Origin: a virus
Lineage: Duplodnaviria; Caudoviricetes
Reading direction: 5' to 3' (one strand)
IMG/VR virus record: IMGVR_UViG_3300017739_000010
Coordinates: 1-59,530 of that record
DNA length: 59,530 nt
The first letter of the stretch is position 1; every line of letters starts with the position of its first letter. This document shows positions 8,513-17,362 of the stretch, piece after piece. Both the position numbers and the translations under genes were made by a program. The notes beneath the pieces were generated by a model. It did not search any database and had not been told where the DNA came from. It worked only from the letters and a program-made list of their open reading frames with translations.

Positions 8513-10024
8513 ATGGAGTTAGATAATCATTTATTAGCGGTTGTTGAACCGGCTATCTTACCTACTGAAATTAAACTAGACAATCTTGGAGAAGATGGTG
8601 GAGGTGCTAAGCAAACTAAAGCAATAGGCACTTTAAAACCTTTTATTCTGGTTAATTCATATCAATTTGGTCCAGGAGATATTATGGGCTTCAAATTAGA
8701 CTGTAGTGGTATTGCGCCTAAATGTACGGTAACTGTTATGGATAATAAAAATGCTTTTCAAGTAGAGTCATATCCAAGAGATGGAGACTTCTTTACTATC
8801 CTACTTAATTCAAAACATCAAGAGACGTTTAAGTCAATTCACATGGATTTTGATATTGTTGAAATTGAAACAACACCGGAAGTAGAAGGAGCTAATCCTA
8901 CAATTACAATGGAGGGTATTGCAAAGATACCCAGACTTTATGCTGAAGATTGTCAAAACTTAGATGCTGATAATTCATTGAATCATTTAGAGTTAATAGC
9001 AAGAGATTTAGAATTAGGTTTAGCCACAAACGTAGAAAGCCCTGATGATAATCAAGCTAGACTACAAGCTTATATCACTTATGCGGATTTCATAAAAGAA
9101 ATTGTAGAAGATAGTTATATCTCTGATGATGCTTTCACAAAATACTATATAGATCAATATTATTATTTGACTTATGTAAATATTAATAAGATATTCAATG
9201 CTCCTAACCCTAAGTTAGATGAAGTAATGTCTGTTCTTGCTTCCTTTGCTGCATCAATGTCTGAGGGCCATGACCAAGTTGAAGATGGCGAAGAAAATAA
9301 AGGTGACCAAATTGAAGTACCTTTAATGCTAACTAACCATAAAGATACATTAGGGTTGTCCTGTTATGTTGACAGATATGAATTGATAAACAACTCATCT
9401 AAAGTTAGTCTTGCAGCAGGGTATGCTAGAAACATTCAGGTGTATGATAATAATTCAGAACCCGGAGAAAGATTACAAGAATTTAAAGTTGAAGCTTTAG
9501 TAACAGAAGATCTACCAGATATTGAAGCGCCTTTAAAAGGTAATGAAAAAGATAATCGTTATGAGACTCAGGTAAAACATAAATACATGGGTAGACAAAA
9601 TGCAGGTGAAGATGGATTAGGTAATACTCATGCTAATGCTGCATTTTCAAAACTACATAACAAACAAAATCAAATGGAAATTGAGAAGATGAAAGTTAGA
9701 ATGACTTTATCTTCATTTAATCCGTCCATATATAAATTTCAAAAGATACCAGTGATAATGTATCATTATGATGGTGTCAGAGCTGAAGCATCTAAACAGG
9801 GTGATTTTAAAAGAGAAGAAGCTGGTTTTACAGATCAACCATTTGATGCTGGAAAAGCAGAAGATGCAAATGACGCACAACAAGTAATGGATAGATTCTT
9901 AAGCGGTCATTATATTATAGAGAATATTGATTATATCATTGATGAACCAGAAGGAGGTATGAAGCAAATAGTCACATTAATTAGAAGAGAGTGGCCTACA
10001 AGAATAAAAAACTTAGAAGCTTAA
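8513..10024 (+). CDS. baseplate hub protein (gp27-like)
   Basis: Between gp53 and the spike; C-terminal LSGHYIIENIDY...LIRREW typical of hub proteins. Confidence 0.6.
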   Translation: MELDNHLLAVVEPAILPTEIKLDNLGEDGGGAKQTKAIGTLKPFILVNSYQFGPGDIMGFKLDCSGIAPKCTVTVMDNKNAFQVESYPRDGDFFTILLNSKHQETFKSIHMDFDIVEIETTPEVEGANPTITMEGIAKIPRLYAEDCQNLDADNSLNHLELIARDLELGLATNVESPDDNQARLQAYITYADFIKEIVEDSYISDDAFTKYYIDQYYYLTYVNINKIFNAPNPKLDEVMSVLASFAASMSEGHDQVEDGEENKGDQIEVPLMLTNHKDTLGLSCYVDRYELINNSSKVSLAAGYARNIQVYDNNSEPGERLQEFKVEALVTEDLPDIEAPLKGNEKDNRYETQVKHKYMGRQNAGEDGLGNTHANAAFSKLHNKQNQMEIEKMKVRMTLSSFNPSIYKFQKIPVIMYHYDGVRAEASKQGDFKREEAGFTDQPFDAGKAEDANDAQQVMDRFLSGHYIIENIDYIIDEPEGGMKQIVTLIRREWPTRIKNLEA

Positions 10025-10032
10025 AAAAGAAA

Positions 10033-10041
10033 GATAGATAA
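10033..10041 (+). promoter_or_regulatory. late-promoter-like GATAGATAA starting 12 nt before ATG
   Basis: GATAGATAATACATGGCAGA is nearly identical to GATAAATAATACATGGCAGA at 19904. Confidence 0.55.
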
Positions 10042-10044
10042 TAC

Positions 10045-11427
10045 ATGGCAGATTTTAAAACACAACAAGATTTTAGAAAGGGTTCGATACTTCGTAAGAT
10101 AAACGAAGATCCAACCTATCTTAGCTTCTTTCTAGTATTTGATACTATAAACAGAGAAGAGTCTCCACTGTTTGCAGGTCCTGCTAAAGAGTATTTACTT
10201 AATGTATTAAATACAACATATTCTCAAAAACATGCAGATGCTTTAGATAATTTTCAAAAAGTACTCTTGAAGATTAACAAGGAGTTACCTTGGTTTTGGC
10301 AAACATTATCTGGCGTAGATGCTGCAATGCAATATAAAGGATTAGCAGATCCATGGTGGGGTGCAGAATCTCCAACATTAGAAATAGAATGTTTAGAGGA
10401 GAATGTTGAGTTAACAGCAATAGGTCTAATGGACTTATATAAAAGAGCATGTTATGATTTCGTAAGGTGGGTAGAAGTTATTCCTAGAGATTTAAGACGT
10501 TTTAGAATGCAGGTTTGGGTTAGTGAGGTTAGAAGATTTCAACAAACTACTGGAGCTAAAGATCTAGGATTCTTTGATAATCCTGATACAGCTACAGGTA
10601 ATGGTGGAACTCAAAAGAAAATTAATGAAGATCTTAGTTTAGAAGCGAAGCCTTTTATTCAACTACAGTTCTCACACTGTGAGTTTGATATAGATGCTAT
10701 TGCTGCAATGTTTGCAGATCTTGGTAAAAACCCTGAATTGAAGAAACCTAAGATTGCAATCAGATGGGATCACGTAGAACAGATTAATCAGCAATTAGGT
10801 GCTAACCTAGTCGTTGAAGAAACTGACTCTCCGTTGACACAAGCTGCCATAGGACAAACTGGTGAATTAGGACAATATTCTCCATTTGATGCAACTCAAA
10901 ACCCACAAACACAAGATAAGAAGTCTCCGTTTATTAAAAGACCAGATATTGATTTAAAATCTATCGGAGAACAACTTAAGAAAAGAACATTAGGTAAAGC
11001 TCAAGACGCTGCTGAGAATTTTATAGGCGGTATCCAAGGTAGAGTACAAAGTAACGTTGATTCTCTATCGGGTCAGATAAATGGATTAGACAATGTACAT
11101 GGTCTACCTACTGGATTAGCAGCAAGTTTATTAAACCAAGCAGAAGATTCTCTTTTAAGTAAATTATTATTAGGTAATGTACACGGCCTTCAAGGAGGTT
11201 CAACGCTACTAGATGCTGTCCAATCTGGTTCTATAAATGCTATAGGAAATCAGTTAGGTGGTTTATTTGGCGGAGCAAATAACGCCGGCGGTGGCGGAGG
11301 TATAAATGAAAACATACATCCTGATGGAGTTGATTCATCACCAGATGGATTCTTAAATCAAAGAATACATCCTACTGGTGTAGACTCATCACCTGATGGA
11401 GGATTAAACCAGAACATACATGAATAA
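10045..11427 (+). CDS. tail tube-like / baseplate protein with Gly/Asn-rich C-terminus
   Basis: Synteny between hub and spike; beta-rich N-terminal half; C-terminal repeats. Confidence 0.5.
   Translation: MADFKTQQDFRKGSILRKINEDPTYLSFFLVFDTINREESPLFAGPAKEYLLNVLNTTYSQKHADALDNFQKVLLKINKELPWFWQTLSGVDAAMQYKGLADPWWGAESPTLEIECLEENVELTAIGLMDLYKRACYDFVRWVEVIPRDLRRFRMQVWVSEVRRFQQTTGAKDLGFFDNPDTATGNGGTQKKINEDLSLEAKPFIQLQFSHCEFDIDAIAAMFADLGKNPELKKPKIAIRWDHVEQINQQLGANLVVEETDSPLTQAAIGQTGELGQYSPFDATQNPQTQDKKSPFIKRPDIDLKSIGEQLKKRTLGKAQDAAENFIGGIQGRVQSNVDSLSGQINGLDNVHGLPTGLAASLLNQAEDSLLSKLLLGNVHGLQGGSTLLDAVQSGSINAIGNQLGGLFGGANNAGGGGGINENIHPDGVDSSPDGFLNQRIHPTGVDSSPDGGLNQNIHE
11302..11424 (+). repeat. 51-bp (17-aa) imperfect tandem repeat, about 2.4 copies
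   Basis: ATACAT at 11314, 11365, 11416; peptide LNQxIHPxGVDSSPDG. Confidence 0.85.
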
Positions 11428-12136
11428 CAGTGAATTATTTAGAGACAATTTACGTGATGCTCATTGGTTAGGAGAGGTTGTTGATATTGAAGACCCTCTT
11501 CTTCAAGGTAGAGCAAGAGTAAAAGTATATGGTAAATTTGACAAGCTACCGAATGATGCTATTCCGTGGGCTACTCCACAAAATAGAGAAACTCCTGGTA
11601 TGCATGTTGTACCTAGAGTTGGAGATATTGTTGCTGTAAGATTTGACAATGGTAATATCTACCATCCGGAATATTGGTTTCAAGTAGACCAAAACGTAGA
11701 TCTTAAGGCAGATATTTTAGAAGCATCCGGAGAACCACATAATGTAATTAGTTTAGTTTACGATGCAGAACGTAATGTAAGAATTTATCATTCTCCTGAA
11801 GATGGTTTAGTTATTACTAGAGGTGAAGGCGCAAAAGAAAGACCTATGCTTCAAATTGATGAAGAAGGGTTTATTAAGATTACTACAGATGCAAAAGTAT
11901 TTTTAGATTGTGGAGATATATTTGTATCTAACACTGGAGAGCCTGGAGCAGATGAGACTGAACCCGCGGTAAGAGGTCAATCTCTACAAGATTGGTTACA
12001 GAAATTATTAGATGATTATGCAGCCCATATCCATCCAACTGGTGTTGGGCCGTCAGGACCTCCAATGCCACCTACTCCATCAACAGTGGGTCAATTATCA
12101 AGTACACATATTAATTATCAACAAAGAAATAAGTAA
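11420..12136 (+). CDS. gp5: baseplate central spike, gp5/gpV OB-fold with HxH tip, no lysozyme domain
   Basis: GEVVDIEDPLLQGRARVKV, IPWA, PRVGD.V.V.F; C-terminal HIH. Confidence 0.85.
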   Translation: MNNSELFRDNLRDAHWLGEVVDIEDPLLQGRARVKVYGKFDKLPNDAIPWATPQNRETPGMHVVPRVGDIVAVRFDNGNIYHPEYWFQVDQNVDLKADILEASGEPHNVISLVYDAERNVRIYHSPEDGLVITRGEGAKERPMLQIDEEGFIKITTDAKVFLDCGDIFVSNTGEPGADETEPAVRGQSLQDWLQKLLDDYAAHIHPTGVGPSGPPMPPTPSTVGQLSSTHINYQQRNK

Positions 12137-12138
12137 TC

Positions 12139-14079
12139 ATGCCAGCGAATTGGGCCAAATTTATTCCTGACTTAACCAATACTTTATTAAGTCAGAAGTT
12201 TACGAAACCAGGAGGGGCAGCAATTTCTTATGAACCTCCAAAGGCAGGATCTAACAATATGTTGGGTGAAACTGTGTCTGGTCAAAAATCCATTTTAAGT
12301 GGAGGTCTTACTGAGGTTGGTAATCCTGCGAATGCAGCTTTAGCAACTAATCCTGCAACCATGGTTAATGCTAACGATGTTAATCCACTCTCTGGTAGAT
12401 ATGACTTTGGAAAACAAGTAGCTCAACATTATTTAGATGCTGTAAAAAATATGGCACAAACTCATGTGGGAGAATTACATATTAATAATGGTGCTGCTGA
12501 GTTGCTTTTAAAAGAAGGGTATGGTATTGCGTTCGAAAGACTTTTAAGAGAAGGTGATATACCACTACAAGATCAATATGATGAAGATGGTAATTTAATT
12601 GAAATGGGTAAAGAGTCCCATCCTGCTTATGCAGATTTTTGCCCAGAAGTAGAAGAACCAGACGCTGAAGCCATAGCTGAACTTGAAAAGAAAAACAATG
12701 AAGCTTTCAACAAGTTTGCCTCTGGAGAAAACGTACAAAACTATAATTTATATAAATTTAAGTTCTATCAATTTCCATGTCTATCAGGTGCAGAAACTCA
12801 AGAGGAATTAGAAGTTGTTTTTGCAACTAGAATTTTAATGGGATATAAGTTCATGAACTCAGCAAATGACAGATGGGATTATTTTGTTTGGGCTTGCCAT
12901 TTAGGTAAAGAGAATTACAATACAAACAATAACAATAATAATGCTTTTAACAATAGTAGTTCTTTATATAAAAACATCAATAGTAAAGCTAGAAATGATA
13001 TTGAAGATGCTGAATATGACTACAAAGAATTGGCTGATAAAGTTTCGTTCCTAGTAAAGACTGCTATTATGGCAGCACATCCACAAAGAGATACTGATGG
13101 TAATTACACAGGATCTAATTCTTCCTTAGAGAAAAGAATTAAGAGGGCTCCAGAAAAAGAAATTGAATACCCTACATTAAAGGACGAATCCGGAAAAGAT
13201 ATTACTCCTGATTTTTGTCCTATTAATAGATATAAGATTCAAGTTGCTAGAGATTTTGAAGGTGATACAAGTTTAAAACCTAGAATATTAACATCTAATG
13301 TTATTGCAACATTTACATACTATCCGAATAAAAGAACTGGAGGAACTCCCTATGTTATTAATAATGCAAAGGCTTTATTTAGTACTAATACAACAAATAA
13401 TGTCAAGTATGAAAAGACTTCAAATTGGGTAAAATCAAAATATGAAGTTAATGAGTGGAAAAAGAAGTGGAGAAAATGTCCACCTGAAGGTAAATTAAAA
13501 CAAGCAGCATACGCGCAAGATTCTACTAAAGCATTTTTAGACTTAGGTTGGGATGGTAGCGGATGGAATGGTGACGAGGCTGGAACTCAATATAAATATG
13601 AATATCATAGAGTTCTTTGTGCTATTAAAGCTGCTGAAAAATGTGAAGAGCCTATGACTGAAGTAGGACATCCATGGGATCCTAGTGGTACTACACCAGG
13701 AGGGAAATCTTATTCTGGAGATCCTTATATGCAGATGGCTAGAGTTACAATTGCATATTGGTATGCGTGTATTGTTAAACCATTTAAACCAACTCCTTCT
13801 GCACCACCGGCCCTAATTCCAGCGCCCCTACAAGGAATTTATATTCCAATTTATTATGGAAGTGCAAATAGACTAGCAAATAATTTAAGAAGAGCTTGGA
13901 ATACAGGAAAGTCTTTTGCAACTCCTGGAACACAACAACCAGCTTCAAATGCGACGGCAACTGCAGTAGCCGGAGCTTATGCTCTACATTTATTAGAATT
14001 TAAGTTGCTGTATCTTGGTGGTATTCCAACTCCTTCTGGTCCAGTTCCTATGGTAGGTTTTGTACCTATTGTATTTTAA
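12139..14079 (+). CDS. putative baseplate/spike-associated protein
   Basis: Directly after the spike; Pro-rich C-terminus; poly-Asn tract. Confidence 0.5.
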   Translation: MPANWAKFIPDLTNTLLSQKFTKPGGAAISYEPPKAGSNNMLGETVSGQKSILSGGLTEVGNPANAALATNPATMVNANDVNPLSGRYDFGKQVAQHYLDAVKNMAQTHVGELHINNGAAELLLKEGYGIAFERLLREGDIPLQDQYDEDGNLIEMGKESHPAYADFCPEVEEPDAEAIAELEKKNNEAFNKFASGENVQNYNLYKFKFYQFPCLSGAETQEELEVVFATRILMGYKFMNSANDRWDYFVWACHLGKENYNTNNNNNNAFNNSSSLYKNINSKARNDIEDAEYDYKELADKVSFLVKTAIMAAHPQRDTDGNYTGSNSSLEKRIKRAPEKEIEYPTLKDESGKDITPDFCPINRYKIQVARDFEGDTSLKPRILTSNVIATFTYYPNKRTGGTPYVINNAKALFSTNTTNNVKYEKTSNWVKSKYEVNEWKKKWRKCPPEGKLKQAAYAQDSTKAFLDLGWDGSGWNGDEAGTQYKYEYHRVLCAIKAAEKCEEPMTEVGHPWDPSGTTPGGKSYSGDPYMQMARVTIAYWYACIVKPFKPTPSAPPALIPAPLQGIYIPIYYGSANRLANNLRRAWNTGKSFATPGTQQPASNATATAVAGAYALHLLEFKLLYLGGIPTPSGPVPMVGFVPIVF

Positions 14080-14486
14080 CCCCAGTCTTTTTCGAAAGTA
14101 TACCAATGGTCTGCAGACGCACAGTCGCGAAGAGCATCAAGAACCATATAAACCTTTTCATCAATAGTTAGATTGTCTAGAACGGCGCCTACGTGCATCT
14201 CAATTAGTTCATCATTGTCAAGGTAAGAAGATACGTGTTTAGCAATTCCGGTAACTAATCGGTAAGCGTTGTCTTCCACGTTGTTATACCTAATACCTGA
14301 ATGATAGTTAGTATAAGTGTCTACTTCAGACGCTTGTTTAATCATTTTGTCCCAGAGTTTATCGCCGAGTAGATCTCGAACTTCTTGACAGATAGATTGA
14401 ATTTGATCTTTGTGTTTGAGAACGGCTTGGTAGCCGTAGCCACCAACACCGTTGCATTCTATTTTCTTATAGTTAAATTGTTCCAT
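14076..14486 (-). CDS. hypothetical protein (early island 1)
   Basis: 136 aa; coupled to the upstream minus-strand gene; shares TTAA stop overlap with the convergent gene. Confidence 0.8.
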   Translation of the reverse strand: MEQFNYKKIECNGVGGYGYQAVLKHKDQIQSICQEVRDLLGDKLWDKMIKQASEVDTYTNYHSGIRYNNVEDNAYRLVTGIAKHVSSYLDNDELIEMHVGAVLDNLTIDEKVYMVLDALRDCASADHWYTFEKDWG

Positions 14487-14959
14487 TATGCTTCTACTAA
14501 AGTTATGTTTTCAAAAGAGTCTTTTAACTCTCCGTAAGCCAGGCCAGCCCAACTCTTAGAACCAATAGATTTCCAGTGGTTGTAGTCTGCCATGTTAGGG
14601 AAAGTTGAATGAATATCTCCAACAGTTAGGTTTTCAATAACCGCCTTGTCGATGTGTAAGAATTTGTTACCTTTCATGTTAAGAACAGAAATGTAAAAGT
14701 CAGAACCAGGAAGTTGAATTTCAACGTTGAAGAGTTTGTTCTTGTCATAGCTAAACAAGTTACAAAGATAACCTTCACCTGAGTTGATAGTTAAGAATCC
14801 AGCGACACATTTAGAAATGCTTCTGTATTTATACTTAGTCTTGTTCCAATCTAAGCCAAGATCTTTAACGTAAAATTTATGCATTTTACCTTTAATATTT
14901 TGTTCGACTGTGAATGAAGTTCCCAAGATGTCGTTAGTGTGTTTTTTAATATAAGCCAT
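14486..14959 (-). CDS. hypothetical protein (early island 1)
   Basis: 157 aa, directly downstream of the repeated promoter cassette. Confidence 0.8.
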   Translation of the reverse strand: MAYIKKHTNDILGTSFTVEQNIKGKMHKFYVKDLGLDWNKTKYKYRSISKCVAGFLTINSGEGYLCNLFSYDKNKLFNVEIQLPGSDFYISVLNMKGNKFLHIDKAVIENLTVGDIHSTFPNMADYNHWKSIGSKSWAGLAYGELKDSFENITLVEA

Positions 14960-14967
14960 AGTTTTTG

Positions 14968-15050
14968 TTTGTTTTTAATTACAGTACTAATATACGAAAA
15001 ATATCTGACATAAAAAAATATTTCGGCAACTATTTTGTCCAAAGTGGCAA
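14968..15050 (-). promoter_or_regulatory. conserved early-promoter cassette, copy 1
   Basis: 52 bp (14968-15019) identical to 46164-46215, plus conserved GGCAACTATTTTG and TGGCAA; minus strand has TATATTAG, close to the Bacteroidota -7 element TAnnTTTG. Confidence 0.8.
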
Positions 15051-15091
15051 AGTTTTTTGTGATACATATAACAACCTAATCAAACACTCTT

Positions 15092-15595
15092 ATTATCTTT
15101 AAAAAACTACTGTTTATATCAGCTCTGTTTTTGTTTTGTCTTCAACTAGCGTATGATTTCAAACCTAAAAAGTCTAAAGTTCCAACCTTTAGAAAGGTGG
15201 CTACTATTACAGAAGTTTTTGATAATGAAAGTACAATGAGGTTTATACAAGATTCTATTTTATTCACACCTCCTAGAATTCCACCATTAGTCAAAACCAA
15301 AATGGGACCTTTACATCCTAGGATAATTGGACTAACAACAGAGGTTGCTGAAGGTGTTTATCTTATTCAGCTAAACAGCATATATTCGGTCAAAGTTTTA
15401 CAAAGAACTTTATTCCATGAATTAGCACATGTATATCAATTTGAAAGAGGGATGCTACAGGATTTTGGAGATATAATAATTTGGAATGGTGTGATGTATG
15501 GTTGGGGTCGACCTTGGGGTAAAAGACCATGGGAGATACATGCTGAAAAACTAGTTGAAGATCTTTTTGTGCCTACTTATGAAGATGATATATAA
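15092..15595 (+). CDS. zincin-like metallopeptidase, probably exported or membrane-anchored (start uncertain: ATT 15092, ATC 15095 or TTG 15131)
   Basis: HELAH motif and RPWE; in-frame upstream IIFKKLLFISALFLFC is signal-peptide-like. Confidence 0.65.
   Translation: MIFKKLLFISALFLFCLQLAYDFKPKKSKVPTFRKVATITEVFDNESTMRFIQDSILFTPPRIPPLVKTKMGPLHPRIIGLTTEVAEGVYLIQLNSIYSVKVLQRTLFHELAHVYQFERGMLQDFGDIIIWNGVMYGWGRPWGKRPWEIHAEKLVEDLFVPTYEDDI
15587..15595 (+). promoter_or_regulatory. late-promoter-like GATATATAA
   Basis: Starts 14 nt before ATG 15601. Confidence 0.5.
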
Positions 15596-15600
15596 ATGGT

Positions 15601-15969
15601 ATGAGAACACCTATCATTAAATATAACGATAAGTTTTTAAATAGTATCAGTTGGTTCATGAGGATCGGCGGCATTACTCTTTGGCCATTTGTGGTTTTAA
15701 GAGAAAGGTACAACTCAAGTCAATACTGGAGGAGAGTCGCTGAAAGAATTATTAACCATGAGTCTATTCATATCAAACAACAGGAAGAACTTTTAATTAT
15801 ACCATTTTATATTTTGTATGTAACAGAATGGTTCTTTAAATTGTTCTTTTATGGTAAAGATTCTTACTACAATATCTCCTTTGAAAGAGAAGCTTATACG
15901 AACGATGAAAATCTAGACTACTTAAAATCTAGAAAGAAATACGCTTGGATAAAAAGAATTTTTAAGTAG
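15601..15969 (+). CDS. small zincin-like protein
   Basis: GITLWPF, HESIH, hydrophobic helix, ISFEREAY. Confidence 0.7.
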   Translation: MRTPIIKYNDKFLNSISWFMRIGGITLWPFVVLRERYNSSQYWRRVAERIINHESIHIKQQEELLIIPFYILYVTEWFFKLFFYGKDSYYNISFEREAYTNDENLDYLKSRKKYAWIKRIFK

Positions 15970-15977
15970 ATATATAA
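15969..15977 (+). promoter_or_regulatory. late-promoter-like GATATATAA
   Basis: Upstream of the S1 homologue. Confidence 0.55.
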
Positions 15978-16024
15978 TATGTTACTAACATGGTATACAT
16001 ATAAACCTTTTAAATAAAATATAA

Positions 16025-17311
16025 ATGTCAGCAAAGAGAAGACGAATCGGAGATTCAACCACAACAATTCCAGTAGAAGTAAAAGCTACTAACACACAAA
16101 CGCAGGTAATAACTAAACCTCAAGTTAAAGAAGAAAAACCTGCAGACCCATACGCAGAATTTTATGATGAAAACGGAGAGTTCCTTTGGGAGAAGTATGA
16201 AGGTACTTGTCCAACTCAAAACAGAACTCCAAATCCTCATGTGAAAACACAAGACGGAGATATAGTATTTTCTAGAGAACCTTATGCTCAAGAACTATAT
16301 GATAAAATGAAGCAATATGGGCAAGAGATTAAACCAAAGGTACATGAAGGTGAAATACATGAAGGTATAATCCATGGGATTGACCATAACTATATTACTG
16401 TAGATATAGGTTATAGAGAGTTGGTATATGTAACTTTCGGTAAAGAATCTACGGAAGTTCAACAATCTTCAGTTGGCGATGAGACTGCTGTTTTAATTAC
16501 AGACACTAAAGGCACTTTATCAGGAACTATTACAGGTGGTGTTAAACATAAGACTTTTACAGATCTTAGGAATGCAATCGATGAGGGTAGAACTGCTTGG
16601 ATAGGTCTAGTTAAAAATATGATTGACAAGGGTGGTTATGTTGTAACAATCCAAGGTATAGATTGCTTTATGCCTGGTTCGTTAGCAGGTATTAATAAAT
16701 TATCTGACTTTGGCTCTATTGTTGGAGAAGAGATTTATGTGGTACCGGTTAGCTTCTCTGCAGATAGAGGTACAATTGTAGTTTCACATAGAAAATACTT
16801 ACAAGCGCTTATTCCTTCTGAGATTGAAAAGTTAAAACAAACTATTGAAGAGGAGAGAGAAGGTAATGTAACTGGAACTGCAAAATACGGAGTATTTGTA
16901 GAATTTAACCAATGTCTTACTGGTATGATTCATAATAATGATTTAGATGAAACAACTTTAGCTAAATTTAAGGCTAGGGAGATAAACCCAGGAGACTCAA
17001 TTAAATTTAAAGTAAAAGATATAGTAAGCAATAACAAGATTACATTGACACAAAAAGATGTGGTTGACATTAACCCTTGGATTAACATTAGCAAGAGGTA
17101 TGCAATACCATCTGTAGTGGAGGCAGTCGTTAAGTCTAGAAAAGACTATGGTTTATTCATTAATATAGAGGATGGTGTAACTGGATTGTTACATATTAGT
17201 GAGATTGGTGAAGAAACTATGTCAGTTTTTAATCCAGGTGATAAAATTACAGTTCAAATCACCAGAATTGATGAGGCAACGATGAAGGTATTCTTAAAAA
17301 TGCCCCAATAA
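16025..17311 (+). CDS. rpsA: ribosomal protein bS1-like protein (4 S1 domains, about 100-aa N-terminal extension)
   Basis: GIDCFMPGS, IVVSHRK, KYGVFVEF..GMIH, DYGLFINI..GVTGLLHISEI. Confidence 0.85.
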   Translation: MSAKRRRIGDSTTTIPVEVKATNTQTQVITKPQVKEEKPADPYAEFYDENGEFLWEKYEGTCPTQNRTPNPHVKTQDGDIVFSREPYAQELYDKMKQYGQEIKPKVHEGEIHEGIIHGIDHNYITVDIGYRELVYVTFGKESTEVQQSSVGDETAVLITDTKGTLSGTITGGVKHKTFTDLRNAIDEGRTAWIGLVKNMIDKGGYVVTIQGIDCFMPGSLAGINKLSDFGSIVGEEIYVVPVSFSADRGTIVVSHRKYLQALIPSEIEKLKQTIEEEREGNVTGTAKYGVFVEFNQCLTGMIHNNDLDETTLAKFKAREINPGDSIKFKVKDIVSNNKITLTQKDVVDINPWINISKRYAIPSVVEAVVKSRKDYGLFINIEDGVTGLLHISEIGEETMSVFNPGDKITVQITRIDEATMKVFLKMPQ

Positions 17312-17328
17312 CTCTCTCAGAAGAGTTT

Positions 17329-17337
17329 GATATATAT
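17329..17337 (+). promoter_or_regulatory. late-promoter-like GATATATA
   Basis: Intergenic, upstream of the amidoligase. Confidence 0.55.
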
Positions 17338-17362
17338 TGAAAAGTAATATCTTACTCTAAAT

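Noticed and set aside
12917-12960. AAT/AAC run as a contingency locus
   Set aside because: Mixed-codon in-frame poly-Asn; slippage would not switch phase
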